This document shows positions 51,671 to 60,102 of a stretch of 64,000 bases of DNA, piece by piece. Numbering within the stretch: the first letter of the stretch is position 1; each line of letters starts with the position of its first letter. The notes under the pieces are model-generated. The model saw only the letters and a list, made by a program, of their open reading frames with translations, was not told where the DNA came from and did no database searches. Made by a program: the position numbers and the translations under genes. Origin of the DNA: an uncultured delta proteobacterium (GTDB lineage Bacteria; Myxococcota; Myxococcia; Myxococcales; Myxococcaceae). Location of the stretch: NCBI GenBank assembly GCA_963796055.1, contig CAWCKH010000004.1:3520001-3584000 (forward strand), read 5' to 3'.

Positions 51671-51769
51671 CAGGCTCCCACGTTGGAGCAGGGCCGACGC
51701 TGTTCCACCTGACTCGTCACCCCAACCAGGAAGTCCGGGGGGGCGATGCCCCATTGGAGTTTGCCTCGC

Positions 51770-51808
51770 GAAAGCCCGGCTTCCCTTGGGAGGGGGGGCC
51801 GGGCTTTC
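51770..51808. terminator. Intrinsic (possibly bidirectional) terminator hairpin
   Basis: GAAAGCCCGGC (51770-80) / GCCGGGCTTTC (51798-808) perfect arms, just downstream of the 51827 stop. Confidence 0.75.
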
Positions 51809-51826
51809 CGGTCCCTGGCGTCCTCT

Positions 51827-52435
51827 TCAGAGCTCCACGGGCTTGCGGGCGGGTGACTTCGCAGCCTGGTTCGGAGCCGGCTGGGGCACGAGCGGCGCCG
51901 GCGTGGTCTCCGCGCTGCCGCTCCCTCCGACCCCGGGCCCGGGATCGGCGGGCTCGTTACCGAGGGCATCGATCTCCGCCCGGGTGATCCCGCCCTCCGC
52001 CATCACCTGACGGGTGGTGTACACCGGCACCTTTGCCGCCAGGGCCATCGCCACCGCGTCGGACGGGCGGGCCTCGATGACCAGCTGGCGATTCGCCTGC
52101 TGGATGAAGACGTGGCTCGAGTAGAAGTGGTCCTTGAGCCCATCGATGCGCACCTCGGTCAGCTTCCCGCCGAGGGTGGGGACGATCCGGTCGAGCAGGT
52201 CGTGCGCCAGCGGGTGAGGGGTGGGCCGACCCATCAACCGGAAGGCGATGGCCACCGCCGCGGTCTCGTCCACGAACAGCGGCAGCACCGTGCCATCCTC
52301 CCTGGAGACCAGCACCACCGCATGCTGCTTCAGCTCCTTGAGCGGGACGACGTCCTTGACCTCCATCCGCACCAGCGGAGAGGGGACCGGGTCGGCGGAG
52401 AGCAGCAGGGGCAACAGGAGCAGGGCGGGGCGCAC
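51827..52435 (-). CDS. Bifunctional nuclease (DUF151/BFN) family protein with signal-peptide-like N-terminus
   Basis: GAGGAG RBS; LPLFV....AVAIA, P.PLAHDLL, EARPSDAVAMAL....PVY. Confidence 0.8.
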   Translation of the reverse strand: MRPALLLLPLLLSADPVPSPLVRMEVKDVVPLKELKQHAVVLVSREDGTVLPLFVDETAAVAIAFRLMGRPTPHPLAHDLLDRIVPTLGGKLTEVRIDGLKDHFYSSHVFIQQANRQLVIEARPSDAVAMALAAKVPVYTTRQVMAEGGITRAEIDALGNEPADPGPGVGGSGSAETTPAPLVPQPAPNQAAKSPARKPVEL

Positions 52436-52506
52436 CCCCGGACGCTCCTCATGCGACCGGTGTTCCGCCAGTCAATCGAACGGTGGGCGACAGTCCGGGG
52501 TGTCCG

Positions 52507-52872
52507 CTACTTCTCGTCGTCCTCGTCCTCGAGGTCCTCGTCGTCCTCGTCGAGGTCCTCGTCGTCGTCGTCGTCGTCCTCGTCGACGTCCTCGTCGTCC
52601 TCGTCGTCTTCCTCGTCTTCGTCTTCGTCCTCGTCGGCGTCGAGCTCGGCCAGGTCCTCGCTCTCCAGGGTGGTGGAGACGGTGAACCGCTTGCTCAGCG
52701 CCGCCACCTGCGCCCGCATCTCGGTGAGCGCGGCGACGAAGTCATCGACCGCGGCCGCCGGTGCGCGGGTGTTGCAGTGCGGGCACTCGAGCTTCTCGCT
52801 CCCGTCGACGAGATCCTGGGCGTCGATCTCGAAGGTGCCCTCGCACTTCTGGCAGGTGAAGTCGAGCGTCAT
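52507..52872 (-). CDS. Zn-ribbon (2x CxxC) protein with highly acidic tail
   Basis: CQKC, CPHC; about 45-residue D/E tail; 10 bp downstream of gltA. Confidence 0.75.
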   Translation of the reverse strand: MTLDFTCQKCEGTFEIDAQDLVDGSEKLECPHCNTRAPAAAVDDFVAALTEMRAQVAALSKRFTVSTTLESEDLAELDADEDEDEDEEDDEDDEDVDEDDDDDDEDLDEDDEDLEDEDDEK

Positions 52873-52882
52873 GGTCCTGTGG

Positions 52883-54175
52883 TCAGCGCTTGTCGAACGG
52901 GACGTAGTCCCGGCGCTTGTGGCCCGTGTAGATCTGGCGCGGGCGGGCGATCTTCTGCTCGGGGTCGAGCACCATCTCCTCCCACTGGGCGGCCCAGCCG
53001 ACCGTGCGGGGGATGGCGAACAGCACGGTGAAGAAATCGCTGGGGAAGCCCAGGGCCTCGTAGATCAACCCGGAGTAGAAGTCGACGTTGGGGTACAGCT
53101 TCCGCTTCACGAAGTAGTCGTCCTGAAGCGCGATGCGCTCCAGCTCCAGCGCGATGTCCAGGAGCGGGTTCTTCCCGGTGACCTCGAAGACCTCGTCGGC
53201 GACCCGCTTGATGACCTTCGCCCGCGGGTCGTAGCTCTTGTAGACCCGGTGCCCGAAGCCCATCAGCCGGGTCTCGCCGTCGCCCTCCTTCACCTCCTTG
53301 ATGAACTCGGGGACCTTGCTCAGGTCGCCGATGCTCTTGAGCATCCGGAGCACCGCCTCGTTCGCTCCCCCGTGTAGCGGGCCGTAGAGGGCGTTGATGC
53401 CCGCGGCCACCGCCGAGAACGGGTCCACCTGGCTGCTGCCCACCAGCCGGACCGCGGTGGTGCTGCAGTTTTGCTCGTGGTCGGCGTGGAGGATGAACAG
53501 CACCTCCAGCGCGTGCTCCAATACGGGATTGACCTTGTAGGTGTCGGTGCCGATCTTCTTGATCATCGCCAGGAAGTTCCCGACGAAGCTCAGGTCGTTG
53601 TTCGGGTAGACGTAGGGCAGCCCCATCGAGTGGCGGAAGCTGAAGGCAGCGATGGTCGGCATCTTGGCGACCATCCGGATCTGCTGGATCCGGCGGTTCG
53701 TCGCGTCCTTGATGTTCTTCGCCTCCGGGTAGAACGAGGAGAGCGCGGACACGGTCGCCGCCAGCATCGACATCGGGTGGGCGTTGTAGCGGAACCCGTC
53801 CAGGTACTCCGTGATGTTCTCGTGGACGTACGTGTGGTGGGTGACCGTGTAGACGAAATCGTCGAGCTGCTTCCGGGTCGGCAGCTCGCCGTTCAGGAGC
53901 AGGTAGGCGACCTCGAGGTAGCTGGACTTCTCCGCCAGCTGCTCGATGGGGTACCCGCGGTACTCGAGGATGCCCTTGTCGCCGTCGATGAAGGTGATGG
54001 CGCTGCGGCAGTTGGCGGTGTTGAGGAACGCCGGGTCGTAGCCCATGAGCCCGAAGTCGTGGTCATCGAGGCGGATCTGCCGGAGATCCGCCGTCTTGAT
54101 GCACCCGTCCTTGATCGGAATCTCGTAGGACTTCCCGGTGCGGTTGTCGGTGATGCTCAGCGTGTCTTTGGCCAT
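52883..54175 (-). CDS. gltA: Citrate synthase (type II)
   Basis: [56 protein letters not shown]. Confidence 0.97.
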   Translation of the reverse strand: MAKDTLSITDNRTGKSYEIPIKDGCIKTADLRQIRLDDHDFGLMGYDPAFLNTANCRSAITFIDGDKGILEYRGYPIEQLAEKSSYLEVAYLLLNGELPTRKQLDDFVYTVTHHTYVHENITEYLDGFRYNAHPMSMLAATVSALSSFYPEAKNIKDATNRRIQQIRMVAKMPTIAAFSFRHSMGLPYVYPNNDLSFVGNFLAMIKKIGTDTYKVNPVLEHALEVLFILHADHEQNCSTTAVRLVGSSQVDPFSAVAAGINALYGPLHGGANEAVLRMLKSIGDLSKVPEFIKEVKEGDGETRLMGFGHRVYKSYDPRAKVIKRVADEVFEVTGKNPLLDIALELERIALQDDYFVKRKLYPNVDFYSGLIYEALGFPSDFFTVLFAIPRTVGWAAQWEEMVLDPEQKIARPRQIYTGHKRRDYVPFDKR

Positions 54176-54310
54176 GGCGTAAGGCGTCATTTCACCCTGG
54201 AGAGGCTCGATTCAACCAAAAAGAGTACGCCCTTGTTCCAGGTTGCGGACCCGTTGTCGCGTCCCGTATACCCCCCGACCGTCAGGGGGAATTCCACCCC
54301 GGAGGACGCC

Positions 54311-55612
54311 ATGAGCAACCCCGTTCCCGCAGGTGAGCGAATCACGTTGTCCGGGGGAACACTGTCCGTCCCGGACCGGCCGATCCTCCCCTTCATCGAG
54401 GGTGACGGGACGGGGCGCGACATCTGGCGCGCCTCGCAGGCGGTGTTCGACGCGGCGGTGGCGAAGGCCTACGGCGGCAAGCGGAGCATCGCCTGGATGG
54501 AGGTGCTCGCCGGCGAGAAGGCGTTCAAGCAGACCAAGAACTGGCTCCCCGACGAGACGATCGAGGCGTTCCGCACCTACCTGGTGGGGATCAAGGGGCC
54601 GCTGACCACGCCGGTGGGCGGCGGGATCCGCAGCCTCAACGTGGCGCTGCGCCAGCTGCTCGACCTGTACGTCTGCCTCCGCCCGGTGCGCTACTTCAAG
54701 GGCGTCCCGAGCCCGGTGAAGGCTCCGGAGAAGGTGGACATGGTCATCTTCCGGGAGAACACCGAGGACATCTACGCGGGCATCGAGTTCGAGGCCGGCT
54801 CCGAGTCGGCCACGGCGTTCCTCGCCATGTTCCGCGAGCACTTCCCCAAGGAGTTCAAGAAGATTCGCTTCCCCCAGGAGTGCGGGATCGGCATCAAGGC
54901 CGTGTCGCGCGAGGGGAGCGAACGGCTGATTCGCGCCGCCATCCGCTACGCCCTGGAGCACAAGCGCAAGAGCGTCACCTTCGTGCACAAGGGCAACATC
55001 ATGAAGTTCACCGAGGGCGCGTTCCGAGGCTGGGGCTACGCCCTCGCCGAGCGCGAGTTCGGGGCGAAGGTCTACACCTGGGAGCAGTGGGAGGAGACCA
55101 AGGCCAAGAAGGGCGAGGACGCGGCCAACGTCGAGCAGAAGGCGGCGCTCGCCTCGGGGAAGCTCCTGGTCAAGGACGCCATCGCCGACATCACGCTTCA
55201 ACAAGTCCTCACCCGGCCCGACGAGTTCGACGTCATCGCCACCCTGAACCTCAACGGCGACTACCTGAGCGACGCCCTGGCCGCGCAGGTGGGCGGTATC
55301 GGGATCGCCCCGGGCGGGAACATCAATTACGTGACGGGGCACGCGGTGTTCGAGGCGACGCACGGCACCGCGCCCAAGTATGCGGACCTGGACAAGGTGA
55401 ACCCGGGGAGCGTGATCCTCTCCGGCGACATGATGTTCCGGCACCTCGGGTGGAACGAGGCGGCGGACCTGATCGTCAAGGGGATGAACGGCGCCATCGC
55501 GGCGCGCACCGTCACCTACGACTTCGCCCGGCAGATGAAGGGCGACGGGCAGGGTGAGGTGAAGGAACTGAAGTGCTCGGAGTTCGGCCAGGCCATCATC
55601 CGGCACATGTGA
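54311..55612 (+). CDS. icd: Isocitrate dehydrogenase (NADP, dimeric)
   Basis: [62 protein letters not shown]. Confidence 0.97.
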   Translation: MSNPVPAGERITLSGGTLSVPDRPILPFIEGDGTGRDIWRASQAVFDAAVAKAYGGKRSIAWMEVLAGEKAFKQTKNWLPDETIEAFRTYLVGIKGPLTTPVGGGIRSLNVALRQLLDLYVCLRPVRYFKGVPSPVKAPEKVDMVIFRENTEDIYAGIEFEAGSESATAFLAMFREHFPKEFKKIRFPQECGIGIKAVSREGSERLIRAAIRYALEHKRKSVTFVHKGNIMKFTEGAFRGWGYALAEREFGAKVYTWEQWEETKAKKGEDAANVEQKAALASGKLLVKDAIADITLQQVLTRPDEFDVIATLNLNGDYLSDALAAQVGGIGIAPGGNINYVTGHAVFEATHGTAPKYADLDKVNPGSVILSGDMMFRHLGWNEAADLIVKGMNGAIAARTVTYDFARQMKGDGQGEVKELKCSEFGQAIIRHM

Positions 55613-55629
55613 CGAGGGGCAGGGAAACC

Positions 55630-56568
55630 ATGGGCGGCAAGCGGAAGATCGGACTCATCGGCGGCGGACAGATCGGCGGAAATCTCGCATTGCTCTCCGT
55701 GCAGAAGCAGCTCGGGGACGTGGTGCTCTACGACATCCCCGCCGCCGAGGGGCTGGTGAAGGGGAAGGCGCTGGACATCAACCAGCTGGCGGCGGTCGAC
55801 GGGTACGACTGCCGGGTCACCGGCACCACCGAGTGGAAGGACGTGGCCGGCAGCGACGTGCTGATCATCACCGCCGGCATGCCCCGGAAGCCGGGGATGA
55901 CCCGCGAGGACCTGCTGGAGGTCAATCTCAAGATCATGAAGGACGTGGCGAGCAACGTGAAGGCTCACTGCCCGAACGCCTTCGTGATCAACGTGGCCAA
56001 CCCCCTGGACGCGATGGTGTACGCGCTGTTCAAGATCACCGGCTTCAAGAAGCACCAGGTGATCGGCATGGCAGGGGTGCTGGACACCGCGCGGTTCAAG
56101 TTCTTCGTCGCCGAGGCGCTGAACGTCTCCATCCGGGACATCGAGGCGCTGGTGCTCGGCGGTCACGGCGATGACATGGTGCCGCTGCTCCGCTCCGCGA
56201 CGGTGGGCGGCGTGCCCTTGACCCAGATGCTCCCCAAGGAGAAGCTCGACCCCATCGTCGACCGGACCCGGAAGGGCGGGGGAGAGCTCGTGGCGCTCTA
56301 CAAGACCGGCTCGGCGTACTTCGGCCCGGCGGCCTCGGCCATCGCCATGGCGGAGAGCTACGTGTTCGACCGGAAGCGGGTGCTCCCGGCGGCCGCGCTG
56401 CTCGAGGGCCAGTACGGGATCAACGGCTTCTTCATGGGCGTGCCGGTGCAGATCGGGGCCGGTGGGGTGGAGAAGATCATCGAGGTGGAGCTGAGCGAGG
56501 CGGAGAAGGCCGAGCTGCAGAAGTCGTTCGCCTCGGTGAAGAAGACCGTGGACGAGGTGAAGCTGTAG
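55630..56568 (+). CDS. mdh: Malate dehydrogenase (LDH-like)
   Basis: [37 protein letters not shown]. Confidence 0.95.
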   Translation: MGGKRKIGLIGGGQIGGNLALLSVQKQLGDVVLYDIPAAEGLVKGKALDINQLAAVDGYDCRVTGTTEWKDVAGSDVLIITAGMPRKPGMTREDLLEVNLKIMKDVASNVKAHCPNAFVINVANPLDAMVYALFKITGFKKHQVIGMAGVLDTARFKFFVAEALNVSIRDIEALVLGGHGDDMVPLLRSATVGGVPLTQMLPKEKLDPIVDRTRKGGGELVALYKTGSAYFGPAASAIAMAESYVFDRKRVLPAAALLEGQYGINGFFMGVPVQIGAGGVEKIIEVELSEAEKAELQKSFASVKKTVDEVKL

Positions 56569-56733
56569 AGGTTGGTGTCGGGCGGTGGGGGCATCCGGCA
56601 CGCACCGTCCGGGCGCATTCCTCGTTGCGTGGGGGTGCCTCGAGGGAGTCCGGGCCTGCGGGTACGGAGCCGGCGGCAGACCGGCGGGCCTGCGCGATTT
56701 CGGAGCGCTCCGGAGAGGCACAAGCCCGCCCCA

Positions 56734-56937
56734 CCCGGCTCGGCGTGCGTCGCCGGTGGACGCGAGCCCATGTGCGTGGCAGCCCGCGCCCCGAAGCCCC
56801 TCCAGCCCGGCCGTCCGGTTCGGTATGTGGAAGAGCTCACCACATACAGAACCGGTCGCGGACGCGCGACGCGCCAGGAGGGCTCCCCGGGCAGTCCATG
56901 CGCCTGGGCGTGCTCCGTTGAAACCCGCCGGGCCGGG
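56734..56937 (+). other. Rod-like nested hairpin (~205 nt), candidate structured RNA or palindromic element
   Basis: Inner 15/16 inverted repeat 56815-56830/56840-56855; outer arms 56795-803/56877-884, 56766-779/56896-909, 56734-745/56926-937. Confidence 0.55.
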
Positions 56938-57126
56938 AGACCAGGCCAGTGGCGTGCCGGGCACACCGCCCCCGTCACCGGGCCGCCGACCCCCGATTCT
57001 CCTTGCCTCCGCACCCCCTGGCGCTGGAAGACAGGGCGACTCCTGTCCACCATGAAAGCCCCTGATTTTCCGGGAACTCCCCCGATGGTCACGTCCCGCC
57101 CCGGGAGGTAATCAGGAGACTCACCC

Positions 57127-57351
57127 ATGGCCGACGCTGCCACCACCGCCGATGCCGTCCGCACGGGCATTGGCACCCCGGACGACCATTCGTTCCTCTG
57201 GCGCCGGCTCCACTCCCTCTCGGGCGTGCTGCCGCTCGGCGCCTTCCTCTGCTACCACGTGTTCGAGAACCTCTCGGCGCTGCGCGGCGCGCTCCTGTCG
57301 GTGGCAACCTTGAGCGTCCTCTTCCAGATGCGCTTCGGCGCCGTCGGCTGA
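57127..57351 (+). pseudogene. sdhC: Succinate dehydrogenase cytochrome b558 subunit, only 74 aa (apparent in-frame internal deletion)
   Basis: AGGAG RBS; RRLHSLSGVLPLGAFL..H..EN N-terminus joined directly to a short hydrophobic C-terminus; directly upstream of sdhA. Confidence 0.75.
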
Positions 57352-57365
57352 TTGCAGGGGGTCAC

Positions 57366-59237
57366 ATGGCGGAACCTCGATTCACGGTGGTTGGCGGCGG
57401 GCTGGCGGGGCTGATGACGGTCGTCAAGCTCTGCGAGGCCGGCCACAAGGTGGACCTCCTCTCCTTCGTCCCGGTGAAGCGCTCGCACTCGGTCTGCGCC
57501 CAGGGCGGCATCAATGGCGCGGTGAACACCAAGGGCGAGGGTGACCACCCGGACATCCACGTCCGGGACACGCTCCGCGGCGGCGACTTCCTGGCCGAGC
57601 AGACCAGCGTGAAGGGCATGTGCTACGCCGCGCCGGGCATCATCTACCTGCTCGACCGGATGGGCGTCCCGTTCAACCGGACCCCCGAGGGGCTGCTCGA
57701 CTTCCGCCGCTTCGGCGGCACCCTGCACCACCGGACCGCGTTCGCCGGCGCCACCACCGGGCAGCAGCTGCTCTACGCGCTCGACGAGCAGGTCCGCCGC
57801 TTCGAGGCGGACGGCCTGGTGGACAAGTACGAGTACTGGGAGTGGCTGGGTACGGTGAAGGACGACTCCGGGCGGGTGGTGGGCAGCGTGGCCATGGACC
57901 TGCGGACGATGGAGATCCGCGCGCTCCCGGCGGAGGCGGTGATGCTCGCCACCGGCGGCCCGGGCATCGTCTTCGGCCGCTCGACCAATTCGATCATCAA
58001 CACCGGCACCGCCGCCGGCCGCGCCTACCTCGAGGGGGCAATCTACGCCAACGGCGAGTTCATCCAGGTGCACCCCACGTCCATCCCCGGCGAGGACAAG
58101 CTGCGGCTGATGTCGGAGTCGGTCCGCGGCGAGGGCGGCCGGGTCTGGGTGCCGAAGAAGAAGGGTGACACCCGCGATCCCCTCTCCATCCCCGAGGAGG
58201 AGCGCTGGTACTTCCTCGAGGAGAAGTACCCCAAGTACGGGAACCTGGTTCCCCGCGACGTCGCCACCCGGGAGATCTTCCACGTCTGCCGCGAGCTGGG
58301 CATGGGCATCGGCGGGCGGGACGGGGTGTACCTCGACGTCACCCACATTCCGCCCTCGGTCCTCGACGCGAAGATCAAGGGAGTGATGGAGATCTACGAG
58401 AAGTTCGTGGGTGACGACCCGCGCCGCCATCCCATGGTCATCTTCCCGGGAATGCACTACTCGATGGGCGGCCTGTACGTGACCTTCGAGCCCGGGCCGA
58501 ACCTCGAGCCGCTCGCCGGCAGCCCGAAGAACCAGGCCACCAACATCCCCGGCCTCTTCGCGTCGGGCGAGGCGGAATACGCCTACCACGGCGCGAACCG
58601 GCTCGGTGCCAACTCGCTGCTCTCCTGCATCTACGGGGGAATGATCGGCGGTCCGGCGATGGTGAGCTACGCCAAGAACAGCCCCCGGAGCTCCACTGCG
58701 CTGCCCTCCAAGGTCTTCGAGGACGCGAAGAAGGAGTGGACCGAGCGCTTCGCCGGCATCGACCGGATGAGCGGGACCGAGAACCCGTATGTGCTGGCCC
58801 GGGAGCTGGGCGAGGTGATGACCGAGAACGTCACCGTGGTCCGGCGCAACGACCGGCTCCGGAAGACGCTGGAGAAGCTGGAGGAGCTGAAGGATCGCTG
58901 GAAGCGGATCAACGTCCTTGACCACGGGCACAGCAGCAACCGCCCGCTGAGCTTCGTCAACCAGCTGTGGAACATGTTCGCCCTGGGCGAGGTGATCACC
59001 AAATCCGCGCTGCTCCGCGACGAGTCGCGCGGGGCGCACTACAAGCCCGAGTTCCAGCTCCCCGAGCCCAAGACCAAGGACCCGACCCAGGACCCGGACT
59101 GGATGCGGGCCTGGAAGGAGCGCCACCAGAGGTGGGCCAAGACCACCATCGCCCGGTGGACGCCGCAGGGCTCGGACATCACCTACGAGGCCATCCCCAC
59201 GCCGGTGCTCGACCCCGAGCCGCGCTGGTACGCCTGA
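57366..59237 (+). CDS. sdhA: Succinate dehydrogenase flavoprotein subunit (Bacillus type)
   Basis: GGGLAG, RSHSVCAQGG, RRFGG, QVHPT, SESVRGEG, HYSMGG, HGANRLGANSL. Confidence 0.96.
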   Translation: MAEPRFTVVGGGLAGLMTVVKLCEAGHKVDLLSFVPVKRSHSVCAQGGINGAVNTKGEGDHPDIHVRDTLRGGDFLAEQTSVKGMCYAAPGIIYLLDRMGVPFNRTPEGLLDFRRFGGTLHHRTAFAGATTGQQLLYALDEQVRRFEADGLVDKYEYWEWLGTVKDDSGRVVGSVAMDLRTMEIRALPAEAVMLATGGPGIVFGRSTNSIINTGTAAGRAYLEGAIYANGEFIQVHPTSIPGEDKLRLMSESVRGEGGRVWVPKKKGDTRDPLSIPEEERWYFLEEKYPKYGNLVPRDVATREIFHVCRELGMGIGGRDGVYLDVTHIPPSVLDAKIKGVMEIYEKFVGDDPRRHPMVIFPGMHYSMGGLYVTFEPGPNLEPLAGSPKNQATNIPGLFASGEAEYAYHGANRLGANSLLSCIYGGMIGGPAMVSYAKNSPRSSTALPSKVFEDAKKEWTERFAGIDRMSGTENPYVLARELGEVMTENVTVVRRNDRLRKTLEKLEELKDRWKRINVLDHGHSSNRPLSFVNQLWNMFALGEVITKSALLRDESRGAHYKPEFQLPEPKTKDPTQDPDWMRAWKERHQRWAKTTIARWTPQGSDITYEAIPTPVLDPEPRWYA

Positions 59238-59252
59238 GGACCCGAGAACGCC

Positions 59253-60086
59253 ATGGACGAAGCCACACAGGCTGGACGGACCACCCAGAGCCGGGTCGAG
59301 GCGGGGGAGAAGTGGATCACCTTCCGCATCTGGCGGCAGGAGAGCGCGAGCAAGCCGGGCGGCTTCGAGGAGTTCCGCGTTCCCTACCGGAAGGGCGCCA
59401 ACGTCATCTCCTGCCTCATGGAGATCCAGCGCAACCCGGTGAACGCCGCCGGCCAGGCGACCACCCCGGTGACCTGGGATGCCGCCTGCCTGGAGGAGGT
59501 CTGCGGCAGCTGCGCGATGAACATCAACGGGCGGGTGCGGATGGCCTGCTCGGCGCTGGTGGACAAGCTGGAGTGGCCCATCACCCTCGAGCCGATGCGC
59601 AAGTTCCCGATGGTGCGGGACCTCGCCGTCGACCGGAGCCGGATGTTCGAGTCGCTGAAGAAGGTGAAGGCCTGGATCGAGCTCGACGGGACGCACAATC
59701 TCGGTCCGGGTCCGCGGCAGAGCCAGAGCGAGCAGGCCCAGCGCTACGTGCTCTCCACCTGCATCACGTGCGGGAGCTGCCTCGAGGCCTGTCCCCAGAT
59801 CACCCAGGACAACGACTTCATGGGCGCTGCCCCCATCAGCCAGGTGCGGCTCTTCAACCTGCACCCCACCGGGGCGATGCACGCCGAGGACCGCCTCCAC
59901 GGACTGATGGGTCCGGGTGGAATCCAGGACTGCGGCAAGGCGCAGAACTGCGTCCAGGTCTGCCCGAAGGAGATCCCGCTCACCACCTCCATCGCGGCGA
60001 TGAACCGAGAGGTCACGAAGCTGGTGGTCAAGGACCTGTTTCTCAAGGACGAGGAGAGCGAGACTCCCGCCGGCGGCCCGGCCTGA
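59253..60086 (+). CDS. sdhB: Succinate dehydrogenase iron-sulfur subunit
   Basis: [37 protein letters not shown]. Confidence 0.96.
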   Translation: MDEATQAGRTTQSRVEAGEKWITFRIWRQESASKPGGFEEFRVPYRKGANVISCLMEIQRNPVNAAGQATTPVTWDAACLEEVCGSCAMNINGRVRMACSALVDKLEWPITLEPMRKFPMVRDLAVDRSRMFESLKKVKAWIELDGTHNLGPGPRQSQSEQAQRYVLSTCITCGSCLEACPQITQDNDFMGAAPISQVRLFNLHPTGAMHAEDRLHGLMGPGGIQDCGKAQNCVQVCPKEIPLTTSIAAMNREVTKLVVKDLFLKDEESETPAGGPA

Positions 60087-60102
60087 GCTCACCCTCGCTG
60101 CT

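Noticed and set aside
52513..52640. TCGTCC/TCGTCG microsatellite and poly-Ser ORF on the + strand
   Set aside because: It is the reverse complement of the GAC/GAG codons of the acidic tail in the 52507-52872 gene.
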